A stretch of 64,000 nucleotides of DNA from an uncultured virus (IMG/VR IMGVR_UViG_3300042691_006655). Lineage: Duplodnaviria > Heunggongvirae > Uroviricota > Caudoviricetes. Every line of letters begins with the position of its first letter. Position 1 is the first letter of the stretch. A model generated the notes under the pieces. That model ran no database searches. It was given only the letters and a program-made list of their open reading frames with translations, and was not told the DNA's origin. This document shows, piece after piece, positions 29,124-40,000 of this stretch. The position numbers and the translations under genes are program-made. Location of the stretch: the IMG/VR virus record IMGVR_UViG_3300042691_006655; one strand, 5' to 3'.

Positions 29124-29816
29124 TTATACATAACCATAGATTTCTTCAACAATAACTGATCCTGATCCACCAGAAGCTGTTGGTCCACCACCACTGCCGT
29201 AAACTCCTTTGCCAGCCTCACCATATCGACCACCACCCCATGGACCACCACCACGTCCTTGTCCGCTACCCAATCCAACGCCAGCTACTCCAGCTTGTGA
29301 ACCAAGATTAATTACACCTGTTCCAGAAGAAGAACCAGGAGTAGAAGAAGTTGATTGAGATCCTTGATTTCCATTACCACCACCAGTACTAGAAATAAAT
29401 GTACCAAAAGATGAAGTGCCACCATTTGTGTTTACACCACCACCAGCACCAATAGTAACAGCTGTAGTAGAAGATAATGAAGAAGCCTCAATAGTTACAA
29501 CTCCAGCACCACCTTCAGCACCACCTGAACTGTCACCACCACCGCCACCACCGCCACCACCGCCATAGCACCATACACGAACTCGTTTTAAATCAGTTTT
29601 ACCTGAAATGCTATATGTACCATTTGATGTAAAACTTTCTACTTTTGTAAAACCACGTGGGCGATCTGCACGAGCAGTAGGAACACCACCAGCAACTACA
29701 CCATCATGAACAACTAATACTTCTTCGTCAGTATCTACTGTAATTTCTCCAGCTGGTCCAGTGAAAACACTGTGTTGAGCAGCAGTACCTCTTCTAAATC
29801 TAACTTGTTTTGACAT
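29124..29816 (-). CDS. Gly-rich adhesin/fibre paralogue A
   Basis: Same architecture: MSKQVRFRRGTAAQH, RVWCYGGGGGG, GSVIVEEIYG. Confidence 0.75.
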   Translation of the reverse strand: MSKQVRFRRGTAAQHSVFTGPAGEITVDTDEEVLVVHDGVVAGGVPTARADRPRGFTKVESFTSNGTYSISGKTDLKRVRVWCYGGGGGGGGGGDSSGGAEGGAGVVTIEASSLSSTTAVTIGAGGGVNTNGGTSSFGTFISSTGGGNGNQGSQSTSSTPGSSSGTGVINLGSQAGVAGVGLGSGQGRGGGPWGGGRYGEAGKGVYGSGGGPTASGGSGSVIVEEIYGYV

Positions 29817-29828
29817 TTTTTATTCCTC

Positions 29829-30791
29829 TTATTTACCAATAAATTGTAAAGTCATCTGAGACAAGTTTGGATGATTGTAGTCATATGCTCTAACTGTTCT
29901 ATTAACTAAAGAACCTACACCATCGCACATTGCATATAATCTTAATGTTTCATACTTGTTTAGATAAACAACACGATTTGCATAAACTTCATTATTCGCA
30001 AAAGTAATTGTTCTATTATCAATAGGAGATTGGCTTCCACCTAATGCAAAATAAACATCGTTATCGGAAAAGATAGAAATATGAACTAGATACCAACCTT
30101 CATAATTTGTAGTAAAATATCCACCAGCGAAAGTTCCCAGACGAGAATCAATAATTCTAGCAGTATCAAATGGAACTGGTGTTGGAGTACCTTGTGGAAT
30201 TAAAGTATCATTAGTTTTTAGTAAATGAATTAAACCTTGTTGAGCCGAATTCATATTTTCAAAATCTAAATTGTTTCTAGAAGCTGCCATGTGTTTGACA
30301 CCAGCACGTGTCACACCATCATAAACTGTAAATGTAAACCAAGTTGGGTCGATATAGATATCGCCTTGTGTACCTTTATTAACTAAAGATAACTGAAACC
30401 AGTCTTCTGTAGAATCTACTGGGGATGTAATTAAATCCCAGTCATCTGTTAAGTTAACAGCTTCTGTTAAAGTGGCATAGTCTTCAACATCTAAAGTTTC
30501 TACACCTAATGTATTAATTTGGAAATTTGGGTTTTGAGCAGTTGAAAGAGTAACCCAAGTAGAACCATTGGAGTAATAAACTCTTTGTGTATCTTGCACA
30601 TAAACAACTCTACCTGTATTTTGAGCAGCAGCTGGTAGACTTGAATATAAAGCATAAGTTGTCATAACCCCATTATCAAGAGATTCTAATGCTTTTGCCA
30701 AATAAATGACTTCTTTACTATCACTGCTGCTAGTAAGAGCGTCTAATTTATTCTGGATAATTGTTTCTAATGAAGAAATATTTACAGTCAT
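29829..30791 (-). CDS. Fibre-complex protein, possible C1q/TNF-like C-terminal domain
   Basis: LPAAAQNTGRVVYV...YSNGSTW module, acidic D(Y/W) repeats, internal GDIYID...YDGVTRAG, C-terminal VPFD...GYFT...EGWYLVH beta-sandwich pattern. Confidence 0.6.
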   Translation of the reverse strand: MTVNISSLETIIQNKLDALTSSSDSKEVIYLAKALESLDNGVMTTYALYSSLPAAAQNTGRVVYVQDTQRVYYSNGSTWVTLSTAQNPNFQINTLGVETLDVEDYATLTEAVNLTDDWDLITSPVDSTEDWFQLSLVNKGTQGDIYIDPTWFTFTVYDGVTRAGVKHMAASRNNLDFENMNSAQQGLIHLLKTNDTLIPQGTPTPVPFDTARIIDSRLGTFAGGYFTTNYEGWYLVHISIFSDNDVYFALGGSQSPIDNRTITFANNEVYANRVVYLNKYETLRLYAMCDGVGSLVNRTVRAYDYNHPNLSQMTLQFIGK

Positions 30792-30847
30792 TTTATTGTT
30801 CTCCGTTGTTCTGACTTTATACTATTTATAACTAGTTTATCTTGCTA

Positions 30848-31141
30848 TTATAAACCCATAATAGCAATAGTTAAACCCTCTTCGACAGCTGGTCCTGCGA
30901 TTGAATCCCATTTAGTGCCATCATATCCTAAAAATTCGGTTCTCAATCCATTATTGACTACACAAACCATCCCAACAGTTGGGGTCTGTAAAGCTGCATC
31001 ACGAGCAGCAGTAGATGTGTAATAAGGGACTTTTAGATAAGATGCGCCAGTACCACCTGGGTTCTGGGCTATTTCTAGGCTAAGTAACGAGCCGTTTTTA
31101 TTGTCATCAATTACTGTGACATTTTGAATTTTAATTGCCAT
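30848..31141 (-). CDS. Small virion/fibre protein
   Basis: MAIKIQNVTVIDD, TAARDA..PTVGM...FLGYDGTKW, hydrophobic C-terminus LTIAIMGL. Confidence 0.6.
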   Translation of the reverse strand: MAIKIQNVTVIDDNKNGSLLSLEIAQNPGGTGASYLKVPYYTSTAARDAALQTPTVGMVCVVNNGLRTEFLGYDGTKWDSIAGPAVEEGLTIAIMGL

Positions 31142-31177
31142 CTTCGCTCCCTTAGAACTCGGCTAGTTTTCTGTTAT

Positions 31178-31185
31178 TATTTATA
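31178..31185 (-). promoter_or_regulatory. Late promoter TATAAATA
   Basis: Exact consensus 36 nt upstream of the ATG at 31141. Confidence 0.85.
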
Positions 31186-31187
31186 AC

Positions 31188-32096
31188 TTATTTGTTTTCA
31201 ATTTTATCATTTAATTCTTTTACAGCATTAATTAAAAATGCTATTAGACCCAAATAATTAACAGATTTTATTCCGTTATCTTCTTCGACTAACTGAGGTA
31301 GAATTTTTTCTACTTCCTGCGCCATAACACCAAACGAATCTTTTCCTGTAGAATTCCAACGGAAAGATTTACCTTCTAATAATTTAACGGTATCAATAGC
31401 ATTAAGAACTGGTTCTATATTGTGCTTTAATGCCATGTCTGAAGTAGCATTAAAGTTTGCTGCAGTAATATCACCACTAAACACATTTCCAGCAGCATTT
31501 AGTCTTGGAATATTTGATCCTATCGTTACAGAAACATCTCCAGCGACTCCATCTGCATTACCAATAAGAATTTCATTTGTTGATCCAGTTAAAGATCTAG
31601 TTACTGCAGTACCATTTCCTGTTCTTACGATTAATCCTGTAGTCGTTAAACTAGATAACGCAGATAAATCTACATCAAATGCCTGAACCTGAGAACCTAA
31701 TGTTAAACCTAAATTAGCTCGAGCAGTAATTGCGCTTGGAAGATCGCTAAGGTTTTTAGATCTTTCTAGTTTATCTACATTTAAACGAAGAAAATTAGTA
31801 TCTATTTCTGGATTGTTTAATGGTGCGTTTTTAAGGGTTGCACCAGAAGGAAGTATAATATATGAATCTGAAGATGTATTAGCAGTAGCATTAACAGATA
31901 ACGTAATATTAGTATCACTATTAATAGTAGCTACAGTACCGATGGTTGCACCACCAGTAGTTTTTAAAATATAACCTACTACAGTTTCAGTGGTAAAAGA
32001 AGTTCCTATACCTGTTACAGTAGGGCTACTAGTAGTAGAAGTGATAGTGCCAGATCCAGCTACAGTATCAGTAATTCTTGTTGTAATTGCAGACAT
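31188..32096 (-). CDS. Tail fibre with C-terminal intramolecular chaperone (peptidase S74-type autoprocessing domain)
   Basis: SDMALKHNI...FRW...GVMAQEVEKILPQLV...VNYLGLIAFLINAVKEL. Confidence 0.88.
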   Translation of the reverse strand: MSAITTRITDTVAGSGTITSTTSSPTVTGIGTSFTTETVVGYILKTTGGATIGTVATINSDTNITLSVNATANTSSDSYIILPSGATLKNAPLNNPEIDTNFLRLNVDKLERSKNLSDLPSAITARANLGLTLGSQVQAFDVDLSALSSLTTTGLIVRTGNGTAVTRSLTGSTNEILIGNADGVAGDVSVTIGSNIPRLNAAGNVFSGDITAANFNATSDMALKHNIEPVLNAIDTVKLLEGKSFRWNSTGKDSFGVMAQEVEKILPQLVEEDNGIKSVNYLGLIAFLINAVKELNDKIENK

Positions 32097-32108
32097 TTAT
32101 TTTTCCAA

Positions 32109-32555
32109 TTATTGGTTTTCGATTTCAATAACTTTTTCTAACAGTTCATCTATATCAACTATATTGTCAACTATTTTTGTTAAATCTTTTAATTTATTTC
32201 TTTCTTTAACTGCATTATTGATAGTTACCTGATTGGCAGTTAACATTGCATCTCTAATAACTATATCATTTTTTTCAAAAAACTTTTCTCTTGCTGCACG
32301 AATTCTATTCTTAGCTATCTCTTTGGCTTTATCTAAATCGATATGAACCTTAGGTTGTCCTGGACTATCAAAATCTGCTGTAAGAGCATCAAAAAAGTTA
32401 CTTAAATGTTCTGCACATGGCAGATGGTCATCATTAATAATAACATATGGTAAGCCAACAGGAACCATTTTTTTTAATTCTTGAATAGTGACACCAGTCG
32501 CCCCAGAAAGTATGGCAACTTTTTCATTTTGTTGTAAATATAAAATTTTGCTCAT
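32109..32555 (-). CDS. Hypothetical fibre-associated protein
   Basis: KMVPVGLPYVII...IDLDKAKEIAKNRIRAARE pattern; lies between two fibre genes. Confidence 0.55.
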   Translation of the reverse strand: MSKILYLQQNEKVAILSGATGVTIQELKKMVPVGLPYVIINDDHLPCAEHLSNFFDALTADFDSPGQPKVHIDLDKAKEIAKNRIRAAREKFFEKNDIVIRDAMLTANQVTINNAVKERNKLKDLTKIVDNIVDIDELLEKVIEIENQ

Positions 32556-32563
32556 TTTTAACC

Positions 32564-33757
32564 TTAATTGAACATGGCCACACGAACAACGCCATTATTA
32601 ACTTGTGGCGTCGCAGCATTAAAAGTTGGAAGCATTGTATTAATGACCAATGCATTAGCGCTTGAGTTAACAAATGTAACAAACCTATTGCCAGTAGCTA
32701 ATCCGAATGCTACAAAGTTGGCATTGCTAAATGTACCTACTGAGATATTTATTGTGTATTGTCCAGCGCCATTGGCAGAAACGCTAGTTACATTATTGCT
32801 AGCTAATATTGTACCTGTGTTTCCGTCAAAAACTGCCCACGCTTTGGCAATTCCTACTATACTATTAAATCTATTGTCAGTATAAACTTGTTGTGCAGTA
32901 TCCCCAGTTGTAACTGCGTTCGTTACAAATGCTGTAGTTGCTAATTGAGTTGTGCTAGTTCCTGCTGTTGCAGTTGGAGCGGTAGGTGTTCCTGTTAGTG
33001 CAGGACTAGAGATTAATGCTACTGTAGGATTACCAGAAATCCCATCATTGTTTGTTATGCTAATATTAGAACCAGCTACAAAATTTCTAGTAGAAACTAA
33101 TCCTGAACCTGTTTTAACTATAAATCCATTTGTCCCTAAAGCTGATATATTAGATAGGATAGGATCAAAACCCTGTACATCTGTACCAATATTTAAACCA
33201 AGATTAACTCTAGCAGCCGTAGCATTATTTGCGCCTGTTCCACCAACTAGAATTGCTAATGGATTTATACCAGTAATAGTACCACCACCAATGTTAACAT
33301 TATTAGAATCTTGTAATGCAAGAGTTCCAAGTTCTAAAGCAGTTCTTGCTGCAGAAACAGATGTAGCACCCGTTCCACCATGGTCTATAGTAACAACTCC
33401 GCTAACATTAGTTGCGCTTCCTGTCCATGTACCTTGTCCATTACCAGTAATATTACCAGTAACATTACCAACTAGGTTGGCAGTTACTGTAGTAGCTGAA
33501 AAATTACCAGAATTGTCTCTTAATACTAACGTATTAATAGTATTAGTAGATGCTATATTTTTGCCCTGAATTCTATCAGCATCTAATCCAGAATTAAGTC
33601 CATCTACAGTTAGTAGTTTAGCAAGAACATCTGATGCAGTATAAGTAGCAATATCAAGTTTACCACCCAATTCTATATTAATGTTCTGGATATTTGCATC
33701 AGCTTCTGCGATAGTTAGAGGACTACCCTTAACTGATCTTAGCACAATACTAGCCAT
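32564..33757 (-). CDS. Tail fibre protein
   Basis: KGSPLTIAEADAN, VDGLNSGLDAD, GGTGA..ARTAL repeats, SPALTGTPTAPT...QLATTAFV, AKAWAVFDG C-terminal domain. Confidence 0.8.
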   Translation of the reverse strand: MASIVLRSVKGSPLTIAEADANIQNINIELGGKLDIATYTASDVLAKLLTVDGLNSGLDADRIQGKNIASTNTINTLVLRDNSGNFSATTVTANLVGNVTGNITGNGQGTWTGSATNVSGVVTIDHGGTGATSVSAARTALELGTLALQDSNNVNIGGGTITGINPLAILVGGTGANNATAARVNLGLNIGTDVQGFDPILSNISALGTNGFIVKTGSGLVSTRNFVAGSNISITNNDGISGNPTVALISSPALTGTPTAPTATAGTSTTQLATTAFVTNAVTTGDTAQQVYTDNRFNSIVGIAKAWAVFDGNTGTILASNNVTSVSANGAGQYTINISVGTFSNANFVAFGLATGNRFVTFVNSSANALVINTMLPTFNAATPQVNNGVVRVAMFN

Positions 33758-34008
33758 TATTTACCCTTTTGTGTTAATAGATACAACATGTTTTTTATCG
33801 TTTCAAGATCTTCTTTCATAGAATTTATTTCAACTTGCAGAGTTTCAACATTTGTTTTAGTTGCAGTTAATTCTTTAATATTTTTCATTGCTATATTTTT
33901 TGATAATTTATATTGATCATATGAATTTTTGTCAACATTAATAACTCCTCCATTACGAAGATCTTTAACAAGATTTGAATTTCCTTCAATTTTAACTATG
34001 TTATCCAT
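33757..34008 (-). CDS. Small coiled-coil virion protein
   Basis: KIEGNSNLVKD...INVDKNSY, C-terminal heptads; TAATG coupling at both ends. Confidence 0.65.
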   Translation of the reverse strand: MDNIVKIEGNSNLVKDLRNGGVINVDKNSYDQYKLSKNIAMKNIKELTATKTNVETLQVEINSMKEDLETIKNMLYLLTQKGK

Positions 34009-37000
34009 TATGAATGCGCAATCATTCTTAAATTTTTAATTTTTGGAACTTGCGATGGATCTGTTGAACGCATTACTATTTTTAATGATACATTAGTAAA
34101 TTGTGTTAAATTAGACAAATCAATATTTCTTTCAGTAAAAATATCTTCCTGGTTAAATTGAGAATTCTCCCAACCAGTATCTATCCAACGTAAATATCTT
34201 AGATCAGCGTCACCACCCCAAATTCTATAGTACACTTTGACTGTTGTCTTGGCAAGAATACATGCATCAAATATAATTTTTAATGCTTCTGCTGCATTAG
34301 CCAAAGAAAGAGGTCTTGTTATGTAGTTTGCTGCATTAGTAGAACCGATAGGAGCAAAATCTTCAACATATTTATCTTTCATAACGATACTAAAATCATT
34401 ATCTGTTATCATGTCAATACTAGCTGAACCAGGAAACGCTGGCGATACAATAACATTAATCTTATCAAGTTCGCTATTTCCAGAGAAGGTACTACTATCA
34501 GTTTGATTGATAACATTTTTAATTACATATGTACCATTGACATTAGAATGTGCATTAGAAATAGTAATATATTTTCCAATAACAGCATTAGATAATAAAT
34601 TATCTGCAGTATCAATATTAGTGCTGATTATACCTGTATCTCCACTATTTGTAAATGATAGTGTTGCAGGAGAGGAAATATTATAAGAAACAGGACTGGC
34701 GATAGTAATCGCTGCATTACCTGTCAAAGTAATACTTGTATTGCTATTAACAGTAGAAACAGTTCCTATAGTAGCACCATCGCTAACACGCTTTAATATA
34801 TTACCAGCAGCTACTTGAGTTAAGAATAAAGTTGATGTACCAGTAATAGCAGTAGAGGCAGTTGAGCTGGTTAATGATCCTGTTCCTGTTGCTGTGACGT
34901 CTCCGTCAACAATATTTGAATATTGTAACAGAGATCTGTCATCAATTACGCTAACATTAGTATTTGATTGAGTTTTATTATCAATCATATTAGAAATAAC
35001 ATATGTAGTTAATTTTTGTAAATCTATAACAGGAGATACGTTAGGATTTGTAGAAATCATAGTAGCTGCAAATGTTAAAGAAGATTTCTTTAACAGAGGG
35101 CTTACTGTTATTACTGCTTGATTTTCATATGATTTAATATGTTTTCTTGTATTAAAATAATAATTAGAATTAGGTACAATTTGCAGAGGTCCAGTAAATA
35201 ATCCACTAGTATCTTCAATATCTAAGGCATATGATAGAGCTGTATCTTGGAATGTTAGGTCAGATGTTTTTAAGTAAATACCATCGGCAAATAATCCACG
35301 TGTGCATCGAATAGTACTACCACCATACTCACCTTTTACAAAATTTGCATTAGTTCCTATTAGCATGCTATTGCTATTTTCATCTAGAGTATTAAGTTCA
35401 ATAATAAATGAATCTTTTTCTAATCCATCAGAAAGAACAACATGGCTTGTATTAAACAATCTAGATGGAATACCTGTAGAAGAAACTGCAGTACCATAAT
35501 ATCCTGTTGGTAGTCCTGATAGTAATACTGTTTGTCCAGTAGTAAAACCATGATTTGGAGCATGCACTCGAACTTTATTTGTATTTGGCGTTATTTCAAA
35601 AGGATTTAACGGTAATACATATGTTTCTGGTAATGATGCTTTTAATGGAACTGATACAAATGTATTAGTAGTAAATACAGCTTTTCTTAATGTAAATTTA
35701 AGATCAAGTTTTGGATTTATTTCAAACTCTAAACTATTCTGTGACAGATATAAAGAACCAGTTAATGGTTGGCGAGAAATAACATTATTTGTTATCAAAT
35801 CGTCCTGTCCTAATTCAGAAACAAATGCTTCACAACCAGGCTCGTCTGTTTTAAGAACTAAAGCATATGTCTCGCCATTTTGCAAGAACACAGGTGCTTG
35901 GAAATCAAATCTGGTAGCAACTAAACCATTTTCTGAAATTTTTAATTCAGAAGAATCTTTAATAGAAGTAGATAATGGAATAATCTTTGTAGAAGGAACT
36001 CCGTTATTAGTTGTTCTTAATTCTACAATAACTGGTCGCTTACCAGCTTGTTTAAAGAATAGATCTACAGATGTAACAAATGCACCACCATCTGAGACAA
36101 CAGTAAATGTTTGTGCTAATGGATCGTGACCTCCACCACCGCCACCACCACCATCTCCACCTCCGCCACCACCATCGCCACCGCCACCATCGCCAGATGG
36201 TGTGTTGTCTATAGTATAAAGTAAACGATTAGATACTGAAGATCTTCTAGCTGGGATTGATTCATATAAACGATCTTGTACAAATGTAGCTTGACGACTG
36301 CTAACAATTGTACTTTCTTTAGTTAATGTAACACCTTGGGAATAATATGTAGTAGTTCCATGAGAATCAAAAGAGGCATCTGTATTACTAATATTATCAA
36401 CTAATTTAAATGTTCTTTCACCAGTTCTAAAAGCAAGTTCTGGTGTATTTGGTATATAGAAAACTGCGACAGCATCTCCATAAGCATTTGTTCTAATGTT
36501 TGATCCTAGAACATTTACTGGTGGGGCAGCAGTAGCGCTAGTACTATTATTGTAAGTAGTAATAGTAACAGCATTTTTATTAGTAGATGTACCGATGTTT
36601 GTAGTACCAAGTAAAATTTCACCGACAGCAAAACCATTTTTAATATTAACCAGATTAATATCTGTGTCAGTTGGATAACCAGAAGAGTCTACTGCATAAA
36701 CAACTCCACCGAAAGAAACTACACCACTAGCTTGTAAACGAAGAAGTTTACCACGATTACTACCAGAATAACTTGCTGTACTATATGCACTAAATGCAGA
36801 GATATTTGATCCATCAATGTTAGCTAAAGTTATAGTTGTTCCAGAAACTGCAGTTACTTTAAACTTTCGTAAATTTAGTTCTTTTGATGTAGATGTAGTA
36901 GAAGTAATACCTACACTAGCAGGAATAACAGTGTCATCAAATAAATCAGCTGCTTTTGCAACGTGGAAATCTAAGTTGTAAAAACATACATGATGTCCTG

Positions 37001-40000
37001 GAAGAATACCTGAAGAACTAGCCACTGTTAATTGGAAAGATGCAGCAGCACTGGTCAAATTAGTTATTGCTGTGATATTAGTAGCAGTATGTGTAGAATT
37101 TTTTAGAATGTCTCCTGCAGAAAATGCTGGTTCTACTTTTCCATTATACATACGAGCTGGGTCATCATAAAGAGTATTATTTTGCAAATTAGCAATCTCA
37201 AATGATGTTATAGCAGAGCCACTATTTCTAGTGACACGAACAATGTCAGCAGGAATTACATAACTATCTACAAAAGTAGAATCAAAGAATGGATAAAAAA
37301 TAGTATCTGGTTTTAAATTTTCAGCAATTACAGTAACTGGTCTAGAACGCATGTAAGGAGTAAACGAAACATCTACAACCCTATCGCCATAATCAATAGC
37401 ATTAACACTGCTAGTTAAAGAAGTTGTTACACCATTTCTAGAAGTAGTTCCTGTTTCAGTTGTAATAGTTTGTTGGAAACCTTGTGTAATAAAACCACTT
37501 GTAGTTTCAAAATTTGTAGATGTTGAAGATGAACCAGTCCAATTTGTTTTCCATTCTTCCCATTTAGTTCCTGTAACGCCAAGCTGTTCTGCCATAAATT
37601 TAATAGCATCATAGTTGTTATCATCTACAACATTAAGATCAGGTCTACGATCTATATCTTTCCAGTTATCTCCTTCTGGAAATAGAGTAAGTTGCCCACG
37701 GAATGCACCAATCTTATATGGATTAACATCTATTGCTCTAGAAGCATTTTGATTGTAAACAAATAATGTTTCTGTATATGGCAGAGTAATTAAATCATTA
37801 GTCTTTTTATATTGAGCAGAAGAACGAGCTGCGCCAGAGGATAAATCTTCTATAATATCGACAGCTGTTGTAAAATGCATCGGTCTCATAATTTTTGCAG
37901 ACGAATCAACAGCTATTTTATAGTCTGGGTGAATAACATCACCAATATTATGTCCTGTGAATTGATCTACTATAAATCCATTCTTAAAACGATCTAATCC
38001 AGTTATTGAATCTTTAATCTGTAAAGTTTCAGTATTTTTTTCTAGCAAACTTAAAGATACATAGTATTCAAGATTTGAAACACGACGATCGATATTACCA
38101 ATATCTTTCATGGTATAACGTCTGTTGTCTCGTTGATAGACTTTTATATGATCTAGAATCTTAGTATAAGGAGGAACATATACAGTAGCTAAAACTAATC
38201 CATCTTTTGGATCTTCTGGATCTTGAGGTATTTTTGCTGGCACGCCACTTATGACATTAAAACGACCAGTAGAATCTATAGTTATTTTATCTTTGCGACC
38301 AACATAATAAGCGATAGGTGCATTTGCATCTACGCCACGAACAGGAAGTTCTGGATAAAATACATTTTCACCAGCTAAAATTGGACGAAAATCTAGTACA
38401 CATGATAAACATATTTCAGTTTTCTGACCAGTATTTTCATCTGTTACGTAATAATTTGGAATAGCATCATATTCTAATGGGTAATAAGAATCAACTGAGA
38501 AATAATTACCTGTACCAGATGCTTGAAAATAATCATAAACAACCTTAATAGCGCCAGAAGGAACTTGATATCCTGGTTTTAAAACTAATTTTGCATTAGT
38601 GTAATATGATGGTCTTTGACCATCATCTAGTGTAAATCTATCAGTAATATCAATCTGATTCGCTGTATTAAAAGTGTCATAATTTCCTGGCGTCATGTAT
38701 ACATTTTTAATTCGTAATACATCCGCTTTTCTTAATTCAATTATTGAATTAGTTAAAGTTTTCTTGCCAGTAATAACATCTAAGGCATAATCTTGTACTA
38801 AAGTTTTCGTCTTTTCTGCACCAGCTGTTTGAATTTGCAATACAGATGCTATTAATCTATATGCTCTAGAATTTGTCAATCCAGAAATGTTTACAATTTT
38901 TCGATCAGCGTCGTTATCAAAAGTTATTGCTGATTCACTGATATTAACTGGCAATTTTGTAACTTCATCTATTAAAAGATAATTACCTAAAATAGAATCT
39001 GATAAGAAAAATTCTTTAACATTAGTCAACTCAGCAGTGTATATGCCAGAAGCGTTAGAAGATAATCCAGTAAAAACACGCTTAATTGTTACCTGTGAAC
39101 TCTTAAGAGTATCAGCAGTTCCGTCAAACCCTCTGAGAGTTTTTGTAAATTGTAATCCAGTTTTAAATAGCAATGAATCATATTGTGGTTCTTGGATTTC
39201 TGCTCTGAAAACTGATATGCGACCACCAGTAATAGTAGTTGTAGCATTTGCATCTAATGTTAATGCTAGATTACTACCAACTGAAGAAACTCTTCCTATT
39301 TGAATATTGTTAACATAAACAACATCTCCAACATTAACAGATTGCGTAAAGATAGTTCCAACTCCAGTAACAGTAGTGCTAGAAGTAGATGTAGTCGCTG
39401 AGCCATCAAGATTTAATAATGTTGGAACAATATTACAACTAAAATTGTCAGAAGTTGCTCTACCTACTATCTGTTTGACATCTTTTTCAAATGAATAACC
39501 AGAATTAATATTAATGTCAAATAAACCTAATTTAAATTGAGTAGATGTTCCACCAGAATAATCTGAAGAATGGAGATTAATAAACTTAATTCTAGCAGTA
39601 CCAATAATATCAGATGGTGCGGGCGCTGCTCCTGCCGATGAGTTTAATTTTTGAACAAGATATACTTGTTCAAAGTTAGATAAATTTGGATATTTGTATA
39701 CATTGTTTACTAAAACATAATTTCCCATTGGTAATCCAATAGGTTGATCTTCTAAACGAAATATGTGTCCACCCTCATCACCTGTTATAGAATTTTCTCT
39801 GGCTTTATTTAAAGGTACATATTGAGTATTAATCGATTCTACTTCATAACCTTGTATGTAAGCCTTACCAGGTTCAATTGCTAAAATAAATTTATCAGAA
39901 TCTCCGTAGGTATTACCTGCAACAGCACCAGAAATAGGAATTTCTGGATATAATCCACCATTAGAACCATTATCTAAATGTTCACGAACACCCATCTTAA

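Noticed and set aside
20682..29816. Diversity-generating retroelement suggested by Mtd-N-like domains and repeats
   Set aside because: No reverse transcriptase in the window, all repeats lie inside coding paralogues, and I saw no template/variable pair with adenine-specific differences.
27615..29816. Invertible (shufflon-like) tail fibre cassette
   Set aside because: All copies are in the same orientation with their own start codons and ribosome sites; no invertase and no inverted crossover sites.
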